A stretch of DNA of 62,754 nt, filler included. It is 11 parts of 11 records of this genome, joined end to end, with 100 filler letters (N's around TTAATTAATTAA, not from the genome) between each part and the next. Parts side by side here need not be neighbours in the genome. Positions count along the whole stretch, not along the records: positions 11,413 to 15,313 come from SRR7504441_207; positions 15,414 to 20,357 come from SRR7504441_210; positions 20,458 to 23,588 come from SRR7504441_212; 8 more parts are not named here. One strand, 5' to 3'. Below are positions 11,413 through 23,347 of this stretch, in pieces. Each line of letters begins with the position of its first letter. The first letter of the stretch is position 1. A program made the translations under genes and the position numbers. The notes beneath the pieces are model-generated. The model had not been told where the DNA came from. It did no database searches and saw nothing but the letters and a program-made list of their open reading frames with translations.

Positions 11413-12554
11413 ATCGTCACAAACTTCCACGTGGTGCAGGGCGGCACCCAAGGTAGTCCGACCATAGCCGGCCGGCCAGCCTGGGCCAGTGCGAGTGACG
11501 CTGGCCGACCAGTCCATCCACGACGCCGCAGTGGTCGGTGTGGACGCCCAGCGGGACATCGCCGTGCTCAGTGCGGCCCTGGCCGGCACCAGCTGAGCCG
11601 GGTGCAGAGATCAGCGGGGCAGAGCCGCTCAGCCCGCTGCCGGTCGGCTCCTCCTCGGACTTGCTGGTCGGCCAGAAGGGTGCGCTCTCCGCAGCCGGAC
11701 ACAGCGGCGGGCAGCTTTTGCGATCGGGAATCCGTTTGGGCTGGACCACACACTCACCACGGGGGTGGTGAGCGGCCTCGGGCGCGAGATCACAGGCCGG
11801 ACCGGCCGGCCGATCAGGCAGCGCCGTCCCGGGGCGGGCTGAGTGGGCGGCAGCGGTATAATCCAGACTGACGCAGCCATCAACCCGGGCAGCTCGGGCG
11901 GACCTCTGATCAACTCGGCGGTGGGCCCAGCGGCCGGACAGGGCTGAGCCGGGGCAGGGCGAGCTGATCGGGGTGAACACCGCCATCTACTCGCCGTCAG
12001 GGGCCAACGCCGGGGTCGGATTCGCGATCCCCGTCGACCTCGTGGCCATCTCTGTCAGTCAGATCATAAAGCACGGCCGGGTGAGACAGCCCTCTCTCGG
12101 TATCCTTCTCGGACCAGACCACCTGCTCAAGAAGCTAAACCTCAAGGGCGCGCTCGTCTACCGCACCGTCCCGCACTCGGGCGCGGCCGAAGCGGTGCCG
12201 GGCTGGCCCAGGCGGCGGCCGAATGATGCGGCAGGGGGTGGCTGAGACTGTGGAGGATCGGTTTGGGCGGGTGCAGCTGGGCGAGATCATAGTGGGGGTG
12301 ACCGGCAGCCGGGACCAGCGAGCAGGCGGCAGGTGAACGGCAGCCCGGTGGCCAGCTCGATGGACCTTTTCCGGGCGCTCGACCAGTGCGAGGTGGGCCA
12401 GTCTGTCCGGCTCAAGCTGGTCCGGGTGGCGATCGGCCGGGAGCAGTGCACCAGCAGCGAGCGGGTGGTCAACATCCAGCTGCAGGAGAAGCAAGGGCTC
12501 GCCCAGACCGGCCTGGCTGGCGGCGGGCAGCAAGTCAAGCACTTCCCTCGCTGA
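11413..12554 (+). CDS. Deg/HtrA serine protease with PDZ domain (5'-truncated)
   Basis: After removing seven 35-40 nt introns: [62 protein letters not shown], followed by PDZ (GEIIVGVNG). His-Asp-Ser triad present. Confidence 0.92.
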
Positions 12555-12764
12555 CTTGACACGAGCTCGTCCAAGTATAAGTTGGTCGATCATTGATTCA
12601 ATTTTTGTGCAAGCAAGACTTAGTAGTATCCAAGTACAAGAACCCCTCCACAACTGAAGTGTGGTAGTGACGACACTCGTAGTAATGCAACCATGAATAA
12701 ACTAACTTGAAACTGCCTCGATGCCATTCGGTATTACATCTACTTAACGTTAGTATTATCGGTT

Positions 12765-15111
12765 CTAGCTCTCGCTTGGAACGAGCTCGAAGGCGCACAT
12801 TCTAGTCGCGATCAGCTCAAAGTGCAGCCTCACCGGCCGGCCCCAAAGCTCGGTGAGCGATCGGTTATGCCGCCAGCGTACTCGGTGGCTTAAGCTATCG
12901 GAGCTGATCGGCTCGGCTTGTTCAAGCCCAAATCCGTCTATCTCTCTGTAGCTTGGGTCTAGGACGGCCACGCGCAGCCGGCCGGGCCCACCCTCCGGGG
13001 CCGAGTTGAGCTGTATGCCAGCTGCGTGCCGGTCGAGCCTAAACCTGCCCAACCTCAGCCCGGAGGCAGGCGGAGGGCACTCAGGCGTGCTCCAGTTGCC
13101 GCGAGCAGCCTGCAGGCAGGCCAGTGAGTCACGCCTGCCCCCGATCAGCCCGCAGCGAGCCGCTCCAGTCGGACCTAAATCGGGCCAAGCCAACTGCACA
13201 GACGGTGCGCGGCGAGCTTCTGATTTTCTCGTGGCTGGCGTTGCAACTGACCCAGCTCATCAGCCGGTAGGCAGCCGGTGTGGTGCACCCTTGGTAGAAG
13301 ATCCAGTGCTTGTCTTGCCAGCTGACCAGGTTGGCCGAGGCGGCCACTGCTCTGGCGTCAAACTGCGAGCTATTACCGTGTGCGAGCAGCACCTCCGGCA
13401 AGCCTTAGTAAAGGCCAAGGCTGGCAACACCTCCCCGGCGAGCGCCCAGCTTAGGTCAAAGTGCACGCCGTCCACAGAGCTGGCCAGGTACGTGGCCCAG
13501 CTGTCCCCGCACAGCTGCGGGAAGCCCGGCTCCACTGGGTAGCAATAGGCCTGGCTCTGCCGGCCGGTGGGCCAGGCCAGGCCGGTGGGCGCACGTCCTT
13601 TGGCCACTCGAGCACTGTGAGCAATCCTATCCACACCCCATGCAGCCGGCTCACTGTCAGCCCGTACACTTGGCTGCCCCCGGCTGCAGCCCAGGCTACA
13701 GCCGCTATAACCGGCGTAGGTGCTCCAGCTCGCCAAACTCTGAGTCAAACTTCCACTCCGTCGCCAACTCCCAGTCGCCCAGCACCGCCGCCCCGGCTGC
13801 CCCGAGCTTGCCAACCCCTACCACCCAGCCACACCTGGAAGCGCAGGCTGGCCAGTTGGCCGACGCTCCAACACACGCAGCCCCCTGATCCCTCGCCACC
13901 GGTGCCGCTGCCAGCCGGCATACGGGTGGCTGGCCGCAAAATTGCGCCGGGCGAACAGCCGGTGGCCGTCCGACGCCAAAAAGTTATGAGAGTCGGCCGG
14001 GCCGGGTGCCGTCTCGCCACGGCCCAGAGCCTGGCTGGGTGTGGCGGCGGCGGTGTTGTACGGCTTGTGCAGCACCAGGTCGGCGGCCACTGCACACCGG
14101 CTCCCGTTGCGCATTGTCCACTCTATTCCGTCCCTGCCCGACCGGCTGGCCGATCAGCCTGGCCAGCGCTGACCTCGAGTGGGCAGAGCACACGTCGGCC
14201 CAAGGGTGTGCCCAGCCTTTGACCCGGTAGTGCTGGCACGCCAATCCGGCCAGCAGCTGGCCCGAAGACCCGACGCACACGCTCATCGCATCCCCACCGC
14301 CGCAGCCGCTCGCCAGCCCGAGCGCGAGCAAGTTGTTGGAGCCAGCAAACCGCTCGGATGAGTATCCGGCCAGCGAGTCGTTGTGGACTGGGCCAGCCGG
14401 ATGCAGCTCAACGTACCTGCCCCCGCTGCTGACTAGTCACGACTAGGTGCACCGCCCGCGCTGGTCGAACCGCTTGACGTGGTACCGGTCCCAGTGCATG
14501 TAGATGGTTGTGTTGGTCACCAGCCCGAGCTCCGGCTTGCGCCAGCTGAGCCCGTCGGACGACTGGGCCAGCGCGGCCACCCCCTCGAACGGGTGGTAGA
14601 TCATGATCCACTGGCCGTCCGGGCTGCGGACCACGCTCACCTGGTAGTGCAGCTGCTGCTCCCACGGCAGGTCCGACGAGAGCACCGGCTGGTCCAGCCG
14701 CACCGCCCGCCCGATCACCCGGCGAGTGCCGGACGCCCGAGCCACCCACCGGTCATCCAGCAGCAGTTTTGTGCCCCACCCAATCCCGTCCGGCCTCTCC
14801 AGCCGCTGCAGCCGGCAGATGGCCCGATCAAACTGCTGTTGCTGCGCGCAGGCGGTGCACCCGAGCGGCTCGGGGCCCCGGGCCAGCTCTGGGCCGGGCT
14901 CGGGGCTGGCCAGGATGCCCGGGTGGATGAAGCTCTGCCGGGCCATCCGCCGCACACGAGTGAGCTCATGCCGGCGGAGCACAAAGCTCCGTACCGCCGG
15001 CCTGTGCAGCGCGCAGCCGGGCGCAGCACGCCGCCGTGCCAGCCGGTGCAGCCGGTCCCCCCAGGCGAGCGCAAGAAGGCCCAGCAGCCAGCAGGCACGC
15101 GCCCTCAGCAT
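12765..15111 (-). CDS. Secreted glycoside-hydrolase-like beta-propeller protein, multi-exon
   Basis: Signal peptide MLRARACWLLGLLALAWG; LLLDDRW..PVLSSDLPWE; Asp-box-like SSDGLSW, SRDGIEW, SVDGVHF; C-terminal LRVAVLD..DGF..SDSLSHRVRW..GRPVRLHFEL. Confidence 0.65.
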
Positions 15112-15476
15112 TGCCCAGCCAGCGGGTCCACCTCACCACGGCATTGTAAGATCTGGCATCGGGCTGTGGAACAGCACCAGCAGTACGCAATCGTCCGCCC
15201 CGCAAGTTTCTGTCCGCCCCGCAAGTTTTTGTCCGTTGTGCATATCGTTCGCACAGGGGAATGATTTGCCGGGTGGAGCCCACCAAGGCTTGTATCCTCT
15301 CGTAAAATGAGGTNNNNNNNNNNNNNNNNNNNNNNNNNNNNNNNNNNNNNNNNNNNNTTAATTAATTAANNNNNNNNNNNNNNNNNNNNNNNNNNNNNNN
15401 NNNNNNNNNNNNNAGTCCCCACGGGGATGAGAAGAGAAACCCATCGTGTGGCCTGTTCTAACGGAATGAACGCTCA

Positions 15477-16087
15477 ATGGCTGCCCTGAACGCCAAGCTT
15501 CTCGCCAAGCTCAGGTCCGGGCTCAAGCCGGTGACCGACCTGCTCCAGGCCTCCGCCGAGGCCAAGGACCTCGCCGCCCTGCTGCTCAAGGCCTCACGGC
15601 CTTGGCCCGCGGCCGCACAGCGCCCGGACAGGTGGCAGCGGACGGCGTGGAGCTACTGGAAGACTCTAACAAGCCGCCCAGCACTGCAGTGGCATTGTTT
15701 GACGCCGGCCAGAAGGCCAGTCCGGCCTGGCCAGGCCTGGTGAGGCCTGTGGGGCAGCTGTGGCAGCTGGGCCGCAGTGAGCCGGCCCAACGGATTCGGG
15801 CGGATATAGCGGAGCTGCTCCGGTCGGAGCGGGTGCTGGCGGGGGCAGGCGGGCGGTAAGGGGGGCGCCAGGGGCAGGAGGCGAAGCAGCAGCTCAGTGC
15901 AGCGGCTGAGTCGGTGCGGGCCAGCAAGCCGATGGCCCCAAAGGTGGCCCTGCGCGGCGAGCTGGGTGACCAGCTGCAGGTGGCCGGCTTTCTGGAGGAG
16001 CTGCGGTACGCGCTGAAGGAGACGTCGGAGTTCTTACGGACTAAGGACGCTCCTGAGACTAGTCGGAGGCCACGATCCAAGCTATGA
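15477..16087 (+). CDS. Hypothetical helical protein ending in PTS1 (-SKL)
   Basis: Three short introns (two with GC donors, e.g. 15591-15631) give a continuous ORF ending RRPRSKL*. Confidence 0.55.
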
Positions 16088-16379
16088 CGATTTGGGATCA
16101 GTTGACGTTGTTGGTTCAATTTAAATATGTGCAAATTATGTGTAGTGTTTGTAATGCTGACGTAAACTCGAGCGGCCGCCGTGAACAGCACTGACTGTGC
16201 ATGCCGTCTCCGCAAGTACCCGTGTATACTACTGTATACGTAGTCTAGCCGATAACTAGCCGATATCGATCTACGAGTAGATACAGTACGAGTAGATCGT
16301 ACGAATAGTGCCTGAGTACATGTAGTGCCTGAGGGCTCCGAATTTCTAGTAAATGTACTTATATACAGTCTAGATAGTG

Positions 16380-19300
16380 TCATAAACGCACTGGGTTGCT
16401 GGGCTCCATGATAAAGAAAGAGCGCAACCCAGGCTCGACACCCACAGGCTGCCACTGCAAGTCGGCTAGACCCGCCCTCTCCGGAATGAACGCCACGTAG
16501 CTCCCCGCGGCCGGCGGCTGCCCCACAGTGGCGGTTGCTATCTGCTCCAGCTGCTTGGCATAGCTGTGGAAGCTCCATTCCAGATCGCCACCGGTGTCAT
16601 TCGAGTCCACACTCATCAGCATCTCTTCTTCGTCCGGCGAGCGGTCCGAGTCCGACTTGGGCCTGCACAGACTGCATGGGGCGCTCCAGTCTGCTTGTCC
16701 CCCGAGCATCACGACCTGTGACTTGCCCGACGGCGGAGCCCCTTGACAAACCATGCACCGACGAGCTGACTCCTCGATCGCAGCTACCTTGTCGACCAGC
16801 GCAGCTGCGTTCGTGAGCAGGTCTGAGACTGGCGTCCTCACAATAAACCGCGCGCTGAAGCCGCACAACGAAGTCAGCCCAGTCTCCAGCACTACGCTGT
16901 TGACGTCGTGCTCGTCATGAAGCTGGAGCTGCAGTGCTGCCAGCTCCCGCTGCAGGGGCTCCAACGTTTCGAGGTCCACAGGTCCCCAGTGCATCCCAAC
17001 CACCTTGAAACTCAGCCTAGCGCTCTCGTCGCTCGTGATCTGGTCTAAGATCTGCTGCAGAGCGTCAGGCATCACTCCGGCAGCCGGGCAGACAGCTGAG
17101 GGCAGCAAGATCTGTATTCGCTCTTGAGAGTGGGTATCGTGATTAAGCGCCTTCTGGAGCAGTCCGAGGTCAATTGGCCCGTGCAGAAGGAAACTCATGT
17201 GACCGTTGATCGCCTCACCCAGGAATCCCGGTCTGAATAGAGTCTGCGCAGTCATTACGTTTTCTAGGTAGCACATCGAGAATTGCAGCCGGCTGCGTTC
17301 GGCTGCCTCAAGGTCACTCGGCGAACCGATGCTGGCGGAGAGCATTCCAGTGGCTTTGAATTGACGAAGTACGCGCTTGTGGGTGTTTGCCAGACCGGTC
17401 AACAGCAGGTGCGTGCCTGGTGGAAATTGTCTGAACTGATCTTTCACGTTGCGGGCAAGCTGACGATCTGCGTAGAGAACAAACGGCACCTGGCACTCGT
17501 CGGCCTCGAGCTGTGCCAAGGTGCTGGCCACACTCTCGCCGTTGCAAAGCAGCTGGCCGCATTGCTTGCAAGAGCTAAAGCCAGCCTCATATCGGCCAGC
17601 TGGGAGCAGCAGGGAGAGCTCATGTGACTGGCTGACGTACGGATGCTCCATCAGCGAGGAAGCCGACGGTCGCTCATCAGGGTCTTTCCTCCAGCAGAGC
17701 TCTACAAACGAGGCGCCGTCAGGGCTGAGATAAGAAGGCACCGGAGGTGCCAACCCGCGCTGCAGATGGCACATGTAGCATGGGTCGCCCTCGTCGGCGT
17801 ACCGCTCTTCTTCGTCGTGCCTGGGCTTGTAGATATGGTTGCGAGCAAGAACGTTTGACGGAGAGTCGGTGTGCGGCGTGAGTGGCGAGATGGGGTTGTC
17901 AATGGCGTGCTGCCATGGGTTCGAGTAGCCAGTAGCCATCTGTGCAACAACACAACCGAGCGACCAAATATCTGCCTGCAGGTTGAACCGTCGCTCGGTG
18001 ACCACTTCTGGGGCACAGTACGGTCCCGTGAATTCGCACAGGTGTCCATCCGGTCCGCCGATCGACTCTTGGTCCTCCAGAATCTTGATGCCCGCAACGG
18101 CCGAGCCAAAGTCGGCCAGTTTGATCACTGAGTGATCGGCCGAGAGGAGCACGTTGCCTGGCTTAAGATCCCGGTGCAGCACCTGATTCGAGTGGAGGAA
18201 GCACAGGGCGTCAAGAATCTGTCTCGAGTAGTTCTGCGCTTGTCGGTCTGAGAGGAACTGCGGCGGCTGGTGGTTATGTAGGACTGCAAGCAGGTCTGCA
18301 AGTGAGCCGCCTGGCATGTACTCCAGAATAATAAACATTCTTTCGGCACCCATCTTGTACTGACAGTCCAGATATTTCACAATATTCCGGTGCTTGAGCG
18401 CTTTCATTTGCCGAATCTCTCGTCGAAACTTCTCCACCGAGTCGCCGCTGAACCACAGTCCTCGCCGACTGGCTTTGACTGCAATGGGCCGACCCGAAAG
18501 AAGGTCGATCGACTTGAACACGGTCGCATAGTTACCAGAGCCAAGAACCACCTGCAAGCATGCCACTAAGCCTAACAGGTCAGAATGCAGACGCTGACCT
18601 GCTTGGAAGGATCAAGGTGCCGACAGTCGGCCTGAACCGTCTCGTAATCAAACATGATGCCATTCTCCTTGGATGCAGCCGCGGCGCCGTCGTCACTCCC
18701 GCCAGATGGATGCCGAACAAACCCCTCCCCAAAGCAGCTCTGCTTGAGCGCTGCAAACTGCTCCACGAACTGAGTCCTAACTGCGCTCGATGGAAACTGG
18801 ACTGAGGTGCTCCGCGAGGTCTGTAGCACTAGCAGGCAGTCGTCCGACGGTGATGGTTGGAGCGCGGTATGCATCAACTGGTGGCGCTCTGGCTCCTTAG
18901 AGCTGGCAGTGCCCTCGCTTTCCAGCGAGAACAGATCGAGCAACGAGATGTCACGAGTGGCTTCGTGCAGTGTGAGCACCAGAAGTTGGCTCGAAGGGAG
19001 CGGGCCAACATGTGCTGCGTAAAACTTTTGGCAGGAGTTGCCTGTTTCTTCGTCGTCTTGTACTCCCATCCAGCCGAGAAGCTTTGACGGCGAGAAGCAC
19101 TGCGAGTCGCGCAGTTTATTGTAGTCCACCACCTGGCCAAAGAACTGTACCCAGCCGACGTAGACCGGATCCGATGGCTGGCTCCTCTCGGTCCGTTTCT
19201 GCAGAATCATCCTGACCTGCGTCACTGACGCGACCAGCCACTCGCAAGCCCTTGGGTCCTGGCGTAATATACGGTGCATGCCCTCGGCTGCTCGGCGGCC

Positions 19301-20357
19301 CATCTGCCACTCTCCAGTTAGACTGGCGAGCTCGAACGCAGAAGCGCTCTTCCAATACTTGTCTTGGTTTGATTCGTTTGGTTGCGCTCCAGGTCGCAGC
19401 GCCGAGCACCTTCCTAGAGTAACCGCCATCCGATGGATGGCCTCTTTGAAGCGGATGGGCTGAACTTGGTCGCTCAAGTACAGCATCGTGACTAGGTTAA
19501 TACCACAGTAGTGGCTACTCGGCTCCAGCCGCTGGCCCCTCTCGTACTGATCGATAGCTCTCTGGAAGTGCCGAGTGGCCAGATCAGAGCCCAAGGTGCT
19601 CTCATGATAGATTTGCCAAAGCTTTTTGTGCGTAGCCCCAAGGAGCCCATACCACTCGGCACAGGGCCGCTGCTCAATACACTCATCTAGTCGGCGCGCT
19701 GCATTAGACAGCGCTTCTACTGTTTCCATGCCCTTCAGCGCCTTGGCTGATTCAACAAACAGCTCTAGCCGCAACATTGACCCGCCCTCCAACTCTCCCG
19801 GTCCGACGAACTGGTCGACAAGCCGGAGCGTTCGGCCATATTCTCGCAGGTGGTTGTAGGCTCTGCAGAGCATGAGCGCTGTGGCCCGCTCTGAGAGCTG
19901 CAGTACCCGCTCTTCAATACGAGTAAGCTCGTCGACCTGATACCCGGGCGATTTCATAGCCGCTTCAATGTCAGCTGCTAGTATCGCGAGCTCGGCCTCG
20001 CGCCCGTCAACTGTTGCCAGTTGCTCCTGGATCTCCTGCTTGAGCAGCTGGCCTGCCTCCTCTTCGCTTTGGTAAACAAGAGGCTTCAGCCCGAGAAACA
20101 GGTCCTGCTTGCCCGCGGAGTCTCGGTGCTGCAACGAGATCTGACACGTCCTTCGCGCCTTGGCGCACTCGGAGCATAGCGCCGTCCCTGTCGAGCTCAT
20201 CGACAACCGCTTCTCAAGCCCTGGGAACTCGCTCCTGATCGAGCCGCCGCCATCCGAGTTCAGGTTGGAATTCGACCGGCTGAGGCTCAGGCCACTCAAC
20301 ACAGGCTCGGACAGCGCTCGAGAGCCGAGCCGGGCCAGCGCGCCGCGGGCTCTGTTC
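16380..20357 (-). CDS. ASK1/MAP3K5-like kinase (TPR/DUF4071 - PH - kinase) with C-terminal degenerate diaminopimelate-decarboxylase-like module; 5'-truncated
   Basis: ASK TPR motifs (AYNHLREY..LVD, GLLGATHKK, AIDQYERG..EPSSHYCGINLVTML, YWKSASAFE), PH region, and linker FDYE..|VVLGSGNYATV (47-nt intron 18552-18598). Kinase motifs IAVK, HRDLKPGN, DFG, APE, DIWSLG. Confidence 0.85.
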
Positions 20358-20457
20358 NNNNNNNNNNNNNNNNNNNNNNNNNNNNNNNNNNNNNNNNNNN
20401 NTTAATTAATTAANNNNNNNNNNNNNNNNNNNNNNNNNNNNNNNNNNNNNNNNNNNN

Positions 20458-23347
20458 CAACCTGCGCCACGTGCCTTGGTCGGCCGGCGCCGCTGAGGGC
20501 CGGAGCAGGACTGGAACAGCCTGCTCGATAAGCCGGCGGTGCCGAGCATGGCCACCCGGAGCCCCGAGCGGTTCCCGCCTGCGGACATCCTGGTTCATTA
20601 TCTGCGCGAGTTCGGGCAATCTCAAGCGGGTGGGGCGCCAACTGGCGGCTGGCCGAGCCCCGGGGCAGATGCGGGGAAGATCGTATTCAACGCGTCGGTG
20701 GAGCGGATCCACAGGGCCGCTCCCGAGGATGATTTCCAGCTGACTGTGCTCACTGCGGTGCCGCCGCTGCCGCCGCGAGGGCTGACTGGTGGCTCAGGCG
20801 GGGAGTCATGATGTGATGTGCCAAGTGGCGGTGGTGGCCACTGGGCTGTGGGTGCCGAACGTGCCGGAGGATATTCAAGGGATCGATCTCGCCGAGGGCT
20901 ACGAGGACCTGCCCGAAACAGGCGAAAGTTTCGAAGAGCAATCCGTCGCCGTGCTCGGAGTAGGCAACTCGGCACTAGAGACCGCTGACGCGATCGCCCC
21001 TTACGTCAACTATGTGTAACGGAAGGGTGCGGTCAGCCGTGAGAATGGCTGGCAGGCATATGCTCAATCCTGGCTCCCACTGGCCGATGCCCTCTTGGGA
21101 GACGCGGTATCCGGGCAGCCCGAGAGCGATCAACGCTGGTGCTCTGTAAAAGGCCCGGGCAGGGTACTGACGTATGTCAGGCGTGTTCGACTCGTACTTG
21201 CTCAAGAGTCTGGATGGCGGGTTCGCACCGATCGTTTTCGGGATGTTCCGGTGCACATACACTAAGGACCCGGAACACCCCTCGCTCGAAGACATTGGCC
21301 GGATGCGGCACGGTGAGCCTCTCAACCTCCCGCGCTGACCAGGCGTCCAGACGGAGCTCAGCGCGTCTGCATTTTCCCTTTGGACACGCCGCGCTTCCCT
21401 GTCAGTGAGGAGAGCAGGGTTGCCAGTCACTCTGTCTGGCGGAACGGGGTGGTCACTCTCCAAGTACTGAGTTCCGACTTGGAAAAGCCATGGGCCCAGG
21501 GGCTGGGGGCGATACACATTATCGGCAATTCGGGTGCGATTGTGGTCCGATGGCGGTGGTAGCGTGGTCGGCTTGCAGGTAACCAGCACAAACTGCAGCT
21601 GCACAAGGTGCACAAGCGGCACATTACTATGCTCAACCTCAAACACGTCGATATCACCAGTATGCCCGGCTCCGGCTGGCATCACCTGGGCTGGCAGCAC
21701 TCCAGATCGAGCCACGGCATGTGAACGAGTCCAACGTAGACACACTGATGCGGCTGGCCGCCCGAGTTGGCACACCGATGCCCATGGTGTATGACCGGGT
21801 GTGGATCGGGTGGCCGCCAGCTCTGGAGGCCAGAGCAGGTGATTCGAGCGCTCGGCTGGCGGCACAACACCTCGCTCTACTCTGGGGCTGCAGTCCCGAG
21901 GATGCAAGCCAACAACAAGTAACCAGCCCTCACAGCGCTCACAGCCTGGCTCTGACTGCGGCTGCAGGTACGCGGTGATGAACAGCAAGTACGAGTCGGT
22001 TAACGTGCCCGGACTGTACTACGCCGGCACGCTCAGGTCAGCAGCCTGGCGCTGCCAGGCTCACAGTGCGCGGGATGCAGCCACGGCAAGGACGTCAAGC
22101 GGTCTGCTGGAGCGTTCATCCACGGTTTCAGATATACTGCACGGGCGCTTGCTCGGATTCTGGAGTCGGAGAGGCACGGCACAGCGTGGCCACAGAAGAC
22201 GTTCAAGTGCAACGTTGCAGCCATCGGTGCGCGCGGATGCCTGGCATGGTTGGGCTGATGCTGTGACAGAGGCTTTGGCGGACACCTCGCTCCACCGGAT
22301 CAATACAGGCTCTGGGGTGTATCAGATGGTCTCGACCCTGGGGGACGGGATTGTATTCCAGCCCGACGGCACCATTCAGTACCTGGAGGAGATGCCGATC
22401 GAGTACTTTCATGACAAATACCACCACCTGCCCCGGATGCACTGGTCGTTTGCCTACACCAAACAGCGGTGCCTCTAGAGTGCCGAACACCCGACTTAAT
22501 CCTCGGGCCAACAGGCAGTCGCTCCGGGAGTCGATCGAAGAAAACGGGACTACATTCGAGATCCGTACGCCCGCACTCGCCGCGCCAGCTGATGAAATGC
22601 GGCAGATATGTGGTTCAGTCCTCGCGGCCGGACCAAACGCCGACCGCACACGCGTGATATGCTCCGGTCTGGGCCTAGCCCACATTAGACTGAGATGACT
22701 GTGCAGGTTGATCGAGGCGTTCCACACTGACTGGGACAGCGTAGTGGTCAGAGCTCATCTCGAGCTGTTCATCGCGCACACCGCGATCAAGGCCATGCCC
22801 AAGTGGTGCTCCCGGGCGCCAGAGGTCAGAAAGATGGCCGAGGCGTGGACCGCCTCCCAGACTGCGTTCAACGGACCGGAGGTAGCCTTGCCAGCGCAAT
22901 GCCAGCAGCTGAGCAGTCGCGGCAGGGTGCTAACTATGACCTGGACGTGTGGGGCGCTGGCGAGATCGATCTGTGGGTGAAGAATTCGCTTGAGGTTGGA
23001 GAGCTGGCGGCAGCAGTGTCTAAGCGGTGCGACAGGTGCCAATCCAGTTGCACCGGAATGGGCGGCCAATAGAGATCGTGGAGCCGGGCCAAGGCAGCAA
23101 GCACGATACACACGACGGCGATCTATGGCATGCTATCCTACTCGGTCCGGCTGCTGAAGATCTAGGCCTGGCTATGCCGAGCGTCACAGTGCACAAGATG
23201 GAGATGCTGCTGGCGAACGGCAAAGTGCAAGATTTCTACATCCGGTACAACCAGACTGAAACCCCAGGGTGCAAACAGTGCGACATGCTATCCACCGGAT
23301 CCATCCCTGGCACGGGCAAAGAGCTGCCGCCCGGAGTCAGAATGTAG
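20458..23347 (+). CDS. FAD-dependent oxidoreductase, FOXRED2-like (5'-truncated, many introns)
   Basis: Spliced motifs NLRH|DWNSLL, VLGVGNSALETA, DSYLLKSLDG, YDR|VIRALGW, YESVNVPGLYYAGTLS|HGKDVKRSAGAFIHGFRYTARAL; extra C-terminal domain. Confidence 0.85.

Noticed and set aside
11818-23347. In-frame stops and frame changes as selenocysteine, readthrough, alternative code, programmed frameshift or pseudogenes
   Set aside because: In the conserved genes I traced (Deg, FOXRED2-like, PACRG, ABCC, ATG6, SKP1) the interruptions fall inside short G(T/C)..AG introns.
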